This document shows positions 20,461 to 28,678 of a stretch of 64,000 nucleotides of DNA, piece by piece. Origin of the DNA: an uncultured delta proteobacterium. GTDB lineage: Bacteria > Desulfobacterota > Binatia > Binatales > Binataceae. Position 1 is the stretch's first letter. Every line of letters begins with the position of its first letter. The notes under the pieces were generated by a model. The model was not told the DNA's origin. It was given only the letters and a program-made list of their open reading frames with translations, and searched no databases. The translations under genes and the position numbers were made by a program. The stretch spans positions 137,815 to 201,814 of the forward strand of contig CAWFAJ010000002.1 in the NCBI GenBank assembly GCA_963813785.1. The letters run 5' to 3'.

Positions 20461-21248
20461 GCCACCCGATCCGACATCGGTTCGGAAACCGAAATCTTCT
20501 GGTGTAAATCAATCCAATGGATGACCTGCAGCGTTCCGTCTTGCTCCTCCACCACCGCCGTCCGGTGCTGCACCCAATCACCGTCGTTCACATACAAAAT
20601 GGTTCCGATCAGCCGATGATCCGAGCGATGAATATGTCCGCAGATCACGCCGTCGGCATTGTGGTCGCGCGCGGCTGCAAGGACCGCTCGATCCCGGAAG
20701 TCAGTGAGGAACTCAACGGCCTTGCGGGCGGGGTAACGGAAATAGTCGGAAAGCGATCGGCCTTCATTCCCTTCCTGTCCGGACTGACGATGGTACCAGT
20801 CATGGATCCGCTGGGCTCGCGCGTACGCGTAGGATCCGATAATCGGCAGCAGACGATTTGGGTTGAGTGAGCCGTCGAATTGATGCCCATGGGTCACGAG
20901 CATCCTGGCTCCGTCGGCAGTGGTGTGGATTAAAGAACTTATGGAAGGGATGGACCCGAAGAGTTCTTCAACGAGGCTGACCCTGGACTCGTCATGATTT
21001 CCCGGGAGGAATACTACGTTGGCGCCACGCCGGCGCCAGTGCACGATTTCATTCACCAGCTCCTGTTGAACCGCACTCCAGTGCCACGAAGGTCCCCAGT
21101 TCCATCCGTCTACTATGTCGCCAACGAGGTAGAGGGTCTCAGCGATGTGATGGCGCAGGAAATCGAGTAAGCAGCCGGCCTTGCATGCGCGGGTTCCGAG
21201 ATGAACATCGGATATCCAGATCGCTCGGTAATATTTGGGTTGAATCAT
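20454..21248 (-). CDS. LpxH-family metallophosphoesterase (UDP-2,3-diacylglucosamine diphosphatase-like).
   Basis: WISDVHLG ... LYLVGDIVDGW ... GNHD metallophosphatase motifs arranged as in LpxH. Confidence 0.7.
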   Translation of the reverse strand: MIQPKYYRAIWISDVHLGTRACKAGCLLDFLRHHIAETLYLVGDIVDGWNWGPSWHWSAVQQELVNEIVHWRRRGANVVFLPGNHDESRVSLVEELFGSIPSISSLIHTTADGARMLVTHGHQFDGSLNPNRLLPIIGSYAYARAQRIHDWYHRQSGQEGNEGRSLSDYFRYPARKAVEFLTDFRDRAVLAAARDHNADGVICGHIHRSDHRLIGTILYVNDGDWVQHRTAVVEEQDGTLQVIHWIDLHQKISVSEPMSDRVAW

Positions 21249-21730
21249 CGCCTACCTTTTCTTCCATTTTGGCTCGCGTTGATGGCAACACGAGCGTCCC
21301 TTCCGCCTGCAACCTGCGACCCGCCGATCAACCTTCACCGATCGTTCCGACATTTCGTGCCGGGACTTTATCTGCCGATATGCAATCAGATCGGAACTTC
21401 GATAACTACACAATTGGTGAACTGCGGCTGAAGAGTGAGATAGGAAAGAATGATAAATGTATTAGCAAGTTGCTACTCGCATATTAACGCAAGGCTACAT
21501 TGACGATTAGCTATTCGATGCCGAGTGGCCCGGTTTCCGGGAAAACTGAGCATCGAGCGCGCGATAGTAAGGCGATGGATTTCGCCGGCACTCCCGCAGG
21601 TGCCGAAGCGCCGCCGCCAGCTACGCAAGTCAGCATTACTGCGATATAATCGCGCACAGCCTCGGATTACGCGCGCCAACTTCCGCGGCGCTGATGACTG
21701 CCGACACCGAGATTCGGGCGGCGGTACAAA

Positions 21731-23005
21731 ATGGGAGATGACCGATTGATGCCGAAGAAACCGCAAATGCTGGAAGGCTACCGGGTTCTGGATTTCACGC
21801 AATTCGTCGCAGGGCCGACCTGCACGCGAATCCTCGCTGAGATGGGCGCTGAAGTAATCAAGGTGGAACTCGCGCCTTACGGCGACCGCATCCGCTCCGA
21901 AGGGCTCAAGTCGCTCGCGCCTGAATTCAAGAAGTCGAGCCACAGCACCTACTATCTGCAGCACAACCACTCAAAGCTGAGCTTTGCGATCGATCTCAAA
22001 AAGCCCGGAGCGCGCGAGATCGTGATGTCGATGATTCCGCAGGTCGACGTGGTAGTTGAAAATTTCGCGCCGCGGGTGATCGACCGGCTCGGATTTGCCT
22101 ACAAGGACATCAAGGCAGTCAATCCGAAAATCATCATGTGCTCGATTTCGATGGCGGGGCAGACCGGACCGCTGTCGGTCAAGGCCGGCTACGATTTTAT
22201 CGGCCAGGCCTATGCGGGGATTACCGACGGCATCGGGCAGGCCGATGGGCCGCCCGCGCTGACGACAATGGCAATCGGTGACGTTTCAACCGGGGTCGCC
22301 GCCGCGATGGCTGTCGGCTTCGCGCTGTTGCATCGCGAGCGCACGGGAGAAGGCCAGTATCTCGACGCGTCGCTGCTGGATACCTACTTCCACATGCACG
22401 AGAAGACCGTGCCGATCGTGTCGTTGCGCGGCGACAAATTTCGACCGACGCGAACCGGTTCGATCCATCCCGACGGCGGCACCACCGGCATTTTTCATTT
22501 CCGTGGCGATCAATACATTCTGATTACATCGACGCCGCATCAATGGCCGCAGCTGGTGCGGGCGCTCGGGATGCCTGAATTGGCGGCCGACCCGCGCTTC
22601 AAGGATCCTCGCGGGCGGCGCGACAACAAGGAACAACTGAGAGACGTGATCGAGAAATGGCTCACACGCTTTCCGACCCGCGACGACGCGATCGCCGCGC
22701 TGGATGCTGAACGCGTGCCGTGTGCTCCGGTGCTGACGGTCAACGAAGCCATCAAGCATCCGCATCTCAACGAGCGCAAGACGGTTCGCTGGGTGGAGGA
22801 TCCGATTTTGGGCAAGGTGGCGATTCCGGGTGTGCCGGTGAAGTTTTCGGCATGGCCGGACCGGACAGAGGTGCGTTCGTCGAGACTGGGCGAGGACAAC
22901 GAGCGCATACTGCGCGAACTGCTAAAGATGCCGGCGGAGCGGATTGCCAAGCTCTACGCCGAAGGAATCCTGGTCCGCGATTCGACGCTCGAAAGGCAGG
23001 GGTGA
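21731..23005 (+). CDS. CaiB/BaiF family III CoA-transferase.
   Basis: 424 aa with family-III CoA-transferase hallmarks (YRVLDFTQFVAGPTCTRILAEMGAEVIKVE). Confidence 0.85.
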   Translation: MGDDRLMPKKPQMLEGYRVLDFTQFVAGPTCTRILAEMGAEVIKVELAPYGDRIRSEGLKSLAPEFKKSSHSTYYLQHNHSKLSFAIDLKKPGAREIVMSMIPQVDVVVENFAPRVIDRLGFAYKDIKAVNPKIIMCSISMAGQTGPLSVKAGYDFIGQAYAGITDGIGQADGPPALTTMAIGDVSTGVAAAMAVGFALLHRERTGEGQYLDASLLDTYFHMHEKTVPIVSLRGDKFRPTRTGSIHPDGGTTGIFHFRGDQYILITSTPHQWPQLVRALGMPELAADPRFKDPRGRRDNKEQLRDVIEKWLTRFPTRDDAIAALDAERVPCAPVLTVNEAIKHPHLNERKTVRWVEDPILGKVAIPGVPVKFSAWPDRTEVRSSRLGEDNERILRELLKMPAERIAKLYAEGILVRDSTLERQG

Positions 23006-23140
23006 CCGCAGGGGTGACCCCTGCACCCGGTATTAAGGCCGCGCTCCGGTGGCGGCGCGCGGCCCGTGCCGCGGGTGCACGGTGTCTTAATACTGGCCAG
23101 CCGTGCCAACGGTCAGGAGTGACCCGTGCACCTTAGCGTG
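23003..23140. repeat. REP/MITE-like palindromic element, copy 2, inverted relative to copy 1.
   Basis: GGGGTGACCGCAGGGGTGACCCCTGCACCC ... CTTAATACTGGCCAGCCGTGCCAACGG ... GAGTGACCCGTGCACC. The internal 28-mer is the reverse complement of 7809-7836. Confidence 0.6.
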
Positions 23141-23206
23141 CAGGCATGTCGGTCAGCAGCCCGCATTCGAGCGGCGGCGTAAGGATAGTTGCGGCGCGCT
23201 GGAAAG

Positions 23207-23683
23207 CCCTTTGGACTTAAAATTTTCAGTAGGGCAACCACCGTGCGGGTTCGAGTCCCGCCCCCGGCATTTGAGGGAGTTCGTCGCCGCCCTTTGTCAT
23301 TTCGCGGCTTTGCCCTTTCCCTTCATTTGAACCGTCTGCATCTCACTCGGTTCGAGGTTGTCGGAGATCGTCAGAGTTCCTGTGTACGACACCGCTTGGG
23401 TCGGCGCGAACTGTACCGCGACCTCGCAGAAGGTCTCGGTCTTCGGCACTCCTTTTCCGCCCGGCTGCAACTCAACGTCGGAGCACTGCGTCGAGACCGA
23501 AAACGGCGACGGCGCCGGCGTTCCACTCGCGCTTTCTATCTCGATCAGTATCGGCAGCGGATGATTGGTCTTCTTGATTTTGCCGGCGTTAGTCACTTTC
23601 ACCATCTTGATCTTCGATTGATTCACGGTGACGGTGCCGAAGTTCAGTTTTTTCGGAGAAACCTTGAGCTTGCCCGCGACCGC
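23207..23683. repeat. Direct repeat block A (about 475 bp, near-identical to 28207-28678). It contains a tRNA-like 3' fragment (23227-23269, GGGTTCGAGTCCCGCCCCCGGCA) and the 3' end of a surface-protein gene.
   Basis: The ORF-track proteins 23189..23791 and 28239..28841 are identical over more than 150 aa. A single SNP is visible (ctcggtcttc vs ctcgctcttc). Confidence 0.85.
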
Positions 23684-25300
23684 CGTTGGTGTCGCGGTTG
23701 GGGTTGCGGTGACAGTTGGTGTTGCCGTCGCAGTCGGTGTCGCGGTCTTGGTCGCCGTTGCGGTCGCGGATGCGGTCGGGGTCGCCGTTGATGATGCTGT
23801 CGCGGTCGGTGTTGCGCTGGCCGTTGACGTAGCGGTCTTGGTCGCCGTTGCAGTCGCGGATGGGGTCGGCGTCACCGATGCGGTCGCGGTGGCAGTCTTG
23901 GTTGCTGTGGCAGTGGCGGTCGCAGTTGGAGGTCGGGGTCGGTGTTGCGCTTTGAGTGCGTCGGCGTTGCATTGCTGAGGCTGTCGGAGTCGCCGTCGCG
24001 GTTGCAGTTACGGTCGCGGTGGGGGTGGCTGTTGCAGTTGCTTTGGGGACATTATAGCAACAGGCCTCTCTCACAGTCTGGCTTTCGGGCCCGCAATCTC
24101 GACTACTGGCGACGCATCTCCTTTGCTGCCCGAAGCGAATTCCATGATGCTGTCGTCGGGCTAGTTCGAGGCGATGTTTGTCACATATATGTTCTCTGCC
24201 GAATCAACCGCTATTCCAGAGGGCCAGTAGAGGCCTGTGTGTGGCCCACCTATGACGGCGCTCGGCGAGATATTGCCGGTCTGTAAGGCCGGAAACTCCA
24301 GTATTTCTTGGTTACTCAAAACGTACACAGTTCCGCTGCTACGAGCTGCCACCGCCATCGGACCGTTCAACTGGGTATTCGACCCTGCGATTGTCCTATC
24401 AGGGCTCCTCCGTCTAGCGTCGATATTCAGTGATCGCGTTGGCGTCACGGTTCGCGACGTACACGACCCCCGTCGCATCGATCGCGGCTCCAAAGCCTGA
24501 GAATCCAGTGCTCACCGTCGCGACAGGCGATGTGTTACGGCCTGTCCCGCGGCAAACTTCAAAAGATCGCAGGGGGATCGGGAATAGACAGTCCAGACGT
24601 TGTCGGAACTGTCCAAGACAATTCCGCGCGGGACGGCCAGTGACGTGTTCGGACCGAGATCGTTAGTGATGGCCCAATGTCGCCTGCCGAGTCTTTCGGA
24701 AACTCCAAGATAGACCTGGCGCCCCGGGTATGTCGGTTACGAAAATATTGCCATGGCTGTCCAAGGCAATTCCTCCGAGATTAATACAGAGGTTAGTGTA
24801 CAGCACAGCGATATACGCACTAGGTGACGCATCTACAGCACTACCCGGCAAACTTTGCTATACAGAGAGCCGAACGATCAGAGGACTGACAGGCAACGTA
24901 AACGTCGGATGACGCTGTGAGTGAGGGAAGTACACCGGTACCGTACAGGTGAAAGATATGCGGGCTGTACGGGGCGTCATCCGTAAACGTGAGGTAAGCG
25001 TTATAAAGCTGACCGCTGGAGGCTGAAAAGACACAGACATGGAGCAGCTTGCCACGGGGACGAGAGCTGCGACGGTGCAACGTCGTTGATAGAAAAGGCG
25101 GAGGGGTCCGCGCACACAGAGAGCAACTACGGCCACGTGAACATCAGCGTAGACACTGCTGTACACCACGACGGACACGGGAGCTGTAGGACTGCAGACA
25201 TCTTGCGAGCAGAAATAGAGGCTCGGAGGCAAGAATGAGAGCTGCGGGCAGGCTACCGTGGTGAAGCTCTGATAGCTGTCGCACGACAGCATCCCGCCGG
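23297..25300 (-). pseudogene. Degenerate remnant of an NHL-repeat surface-protein paralog. It has an intact C-terminal Ig-like domain plus a Thr/Pro/Ala linker, then fragmented NHL repeats (YVTNIASN, GNIFVTDIPG) in several frames.
   Basis: ORFs 23297..23875, 23589..24074, 24161..24493 and 24663..24851 are all fragments with homology to the 28293-31585 gene. GC declines progressively. Confidence 0.5.
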
Positions 25301-25502
25301 CATTCGCACATATCTAGAAATGGTACTCGGAATTGCAGGCAAGCCCGGTCAACGAATATGACACGGATACGGTGTTGTTGAACGGAGAGAGCGTGGCTAC
25401 AGTTCCTGTGGTAGTGCCGTAATACATAGAGAGTACGTAATAGAAGTTAACCGTCGACTGCGAGCCATTTGGATTAACGGTGCTGTTTAGTTGTACTAAG
25501 TT

Positions 25503-26080
25503 CTAGGTGATAGAGCTGGCAGGATATGTTACGACGGTTGCGGTGCAGGGCGGGGTAGTGAAGCTTTCATCGTCGTCGCAAAGCGTTCCGCCCCCATTAG
25601 TTGCACAAACTTCGAAATGGTACACTGTGTTGCACGAAGACCGCTGACAGATGTAGAGACGGTAATAGTCGTCGTGCAGACTGCAAAAGGACCTATGGTG
25701 CTCGTCGTGGTCCCATAAGCGGTGGTCTGGCCGTAATTGAAGTACACGGTAGTTTGCGAACCGTTCGGATTTACATCGCCACTTAGTCGCGCGCTGTTTT
25801 GCGTGACCAAATCTGTAGGTTTGGTGTAGACAACGGCTGAGGGCTGAGAGCAGGAAAGGGTAGAAAAACTCTGGTCGCCGTCGCAGGCTGTCCCACTTGC
25901 ATTCGTTGCACAAACGTCGAAGTGATACGTCGTGAAGCAGGTAAGAAGCGATAGAGGTGGCGGGGTAGATCGTTGTAGTGCCTACAGCGAAGGGTACGAT
26001 GGTGCGAGTAGAGCTGCCATAGGTCGTTGTCTGGCAGTAATAGAAGTAGACGGTGGTCTGTGACCCAAAGGGAAAACAGA
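25503..26080 (-). pseudogene. Degenerate tandem Ig/Fn3-like surface-protein repeats (motif VNPNGSQTTVYFNYGQTTAYGTTTST), lower GC and not in a continuous frame.
   Basis: Two tandem units of about 250 bp are visible in the DNA. ORF fragments 25529..25810 and 25503..25913. Confidence 0.4.
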
Positions 26081-26759
26081 GGAGAAAAATAGGGAGGCAT
26101 ATAGGATAAAAAAATAAGCTGAATATGAGGAGACAACTGGAAGAGGTAGGAAAGATAATAAGGTAAAAGACAGTACAACGCTAAGAGGGCTAAAAGTAGA
26201 GTTGTAGCTGAAGAGCAAGGTAGAGACAATGCTGAAGAGAGTAGAAGGCTGAAACGTTAGAGAAGTAGAAACTAAGGCTAAGAGAAAGAGTTGCTAAGGT
26301 ACAGATATAGGTATAGATAAAATCTACAGCACTAAAGAAGGATATGCTAAAAGAGGTTATAGACAGATAGGAGGAGAATGGATAGCTAAAGATCACTGTA
26401 TGAGGTGAGACAGAGACTAAGACCGGCTAGGGTGAGAAGATCACAGTTAGAGGGTAGAACGATAAGATGGGTAAGGAGAGTATAAAGTAAAGGTAAAGCT
26501 GTAAGAGGTCTGTAGGTAGGGATAGCTAAAAGACAAGCTACAGGGCAAAGCAACGCTGAGATCGTTGAATACATACTGAAGCTCAGTATCGGAGACGAAA
26601 GACAGTTTGCTCTGTTTGCTTGGGAAGGGGGTGCCTTCCGGATCGATGAAGGTGAGAGACGCAACATTCTGGAAGTTATACACATAGACGGTAAATAGCT
26701 GATCACTATTGGAGGCGGGTAAGATGAAGGTGAGATACTGGTGATAGAAGGGGTGGAGA

Positions 26760-28200
26760 TGATAGGGCTAGGTATCTATGACAAGAAGATTAAGATAAAA
26801 GAGAAAAGAGGAAAGATAGGATAATATAAATTGAGAGTAAAAAGAGATAGAAGAAGAATAAGAGAGATGGAAGAGAAAGAGATGGTGCTGGAAAAGAAGG
26901 CGATAGATACAGGCAATATGAGAGATGACAAAGAAGAGAGAGAGATAATGAGAAATAAAAAGATAGAGAAAAAAAAAGAAAAATGAAAGAAAAAGAGATA
27001 AGAAGGAAAGAAAGAAAGAGATAAAAAAAGTAAAATAAAATAAAGAAAAAAAAATAGAAAAAAATAAAAAAGAAAAATGAGAAAAATAAAAAAAAAAGAA
27101 AAAATAAAAGAGATAAAAAAAAATATATAGAAAAATAATAAGATAAGAAAAAAAAAAAAAAAATAAAAAAGAAAAAAAATGAATATAAATAAGAAAAAAA
27201 TAAGAAAATAAAATGAGATATAAATGAGAGAAAAAAAATATAAAGAAATATGAATGAGAAAAAAAATAAAATAGAGAAAAATAAATAAAAAAAATAAGAG
27301 ATAAAAAATAAATATAAAAAAAAAGATAAAAAGAAAAAAAAATGAGAAAGATAAAATAAGATAAGAAAGAAAAAATGAAAGAAAAATAATAAAAAAGAAT
27401 AAATGAAAAAAAAAAAAAAGAATTCACGCTAACGACAAATAAAAATAAGAAATAAAAAAAAAAAAAAAAAAAATAAAAGAAATAAAAAAAAAAAATAAAA
27501 AAAAAAAAAAAAAGAATAAATAAAAAAAAAAAGAAAAAAAAAAAAAAAATAAGATAAAAAAAAAAAAGAAAGAAAAAAAGAAAGAATAAGAACGATAAAA
27601 GAGAAAAATAAAAAAAAGAAAGAAAAAAAAAAAAAAAAGAAACAGAAGAAAAAAAGAAGAAAAAGAAGAAAAAAGAAAGAAAAAAAAAGAAAGACAGAAA
27701 AGAGAATGCAAAGAAGAAAGAAAGAAGAAAAAGAAAAAGAAGAAAAGAGAGAACACGAAAAAAAACGAAAGAAAAAAAAAAAAGAGAGAAAAAAAAAGAA
27801 AGAAAAGAAAAAAAAAAAAAAAAAAAAGAGAGACAGAAAAAAAAAAAGAAAGAAAGAAGAAAGAAAAACAGGAGAAGGAAAAAAGAAAAAGAAAGAAAAG
27901 AAAGAAGAAAAAAGAAAAAAGAAAAAAAAAAAGAAAAAAAAAGAAAAAGAAAAAAAAAAGAAAAAAGAGAGGAAAGAAAGAGAAAAAAGAGAGAAAGAGA
28001 GGGAGAAAGAAGAAAGAGAAGAGAAAGAAAAAAAGAAAAAAAAAAAAAAAAAAAGGAAAAAAAGAAAGAGAAGAAAAGAAAAAAGAAAGACAGAGAGGAA
28101 GAAGAAAGAAAAAGAAAAGCTAAAAACAAAAAGAGAAAAGAAACAAACAAAATAAAAGAAAAGAAGAAAAAAAAGCGGAAGAAAACGAGGAGTTATACGC
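26760..28200. repeat. About 1.44-kb A-rich homopurine (A/G) low-complexity tract on the + strand. The 27560-28190 segment is essentially pyrimidine-free. Preceded (about 25950-26760) by an A/G/T-rich zone of decaying complexity.
   Basis: Direct reading: long runs of a and g only, with rare c and sporadic t in the first half. The F/L/S-only ORF 26768..28150 (-) and the K/E/R-only ORF (+) are a trivial consequence of this composition. Confidence 0.9.
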
Positions 28201-28206
28201 AAAAAA

Positions 28207-28678
28207 AAGGACTTAAAATATTCAGTAGGGCAACCACCGTGCGGGTTCGAGTCCCGCCCCCGGCATTTGAGGGAGTTCGTCGCCGCCCTTTGTCATTTCG
28301 CGGCTTTGCCCTTTCCCTTCATTTGAACCGTCTGCATCTCACTCGGTTCGAGGTTGTCGGAGATCGTCAGAGTTCCTGTGTACGACACCGCTTGGGTCGG
28401 CGCGAACTGTACCGCGACCTCGCAGAAGGTCTCGCTCTTCGGCACTCCTTTTCCGCCCGGCTGCAACTCAACGTCGGAGCACTGCGTCGAGACCGAAAAC
28501 GGCGACGGCGCCGGCGTTCCACTCGCGCTTTCTATCTCGATCAGTATCGGCAGCGGATGATTGGTCTTCTTGATTTTGCCGGCGTTAGTCACTTTCACCA
28601 TCTTGATCTTCGATTGATTCACGGTGACGGTGCCGAAGTTCAGTTTTTTCGGAGAAACCTTGAGCTTGCCCGCGACCG
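28207..28678. repeat. Direct repeat block B (partner of 23207-23683), with the tRNA-like 3' fragment at 28223-28265.
   Basis: See block A. Confidence 0.85.

Noticed and set aside
21250-21730. 480-bp low-GC intergenic region upstream of the CoA-transferase, scanned for a riboswitch or small ORF
   Set aside because: No recognisable conserved RNA motif. Only short spurious ORFs (21185..21487, 21201..21431).
23227-23269. tRNA-like sequence considered as an intact tRNA gene (also 28223-28265)
   Set aside because: Only the variable/T-arm/acceptor 3' half is present. No complementary 5' acceptor strand (GCCGGGG...) exists upstream. It is called a tRNA-derived fragment, not a gene.
23600-24000. Short periodic DNA repeats (gcggtcgcggtcggtgttgcg...) that could be mistaken for a CRISPR array (also at 28680-29200)
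   Set aside because: The units are 9-27 bp codon repeats encoding Thr/Ala/Pro linkers on the minus strand. There are no unique spacers, no constant repeat length and no cas genes.
26768-28202. Long ORFs made only of F/L/S (minus strand) and K/E/R (plus strand, 27706..28155) residues
   Set aside because: They are a direct consequence of translating a homopurine-homopyrimidine tract. They have no start context and no protein-like composition.
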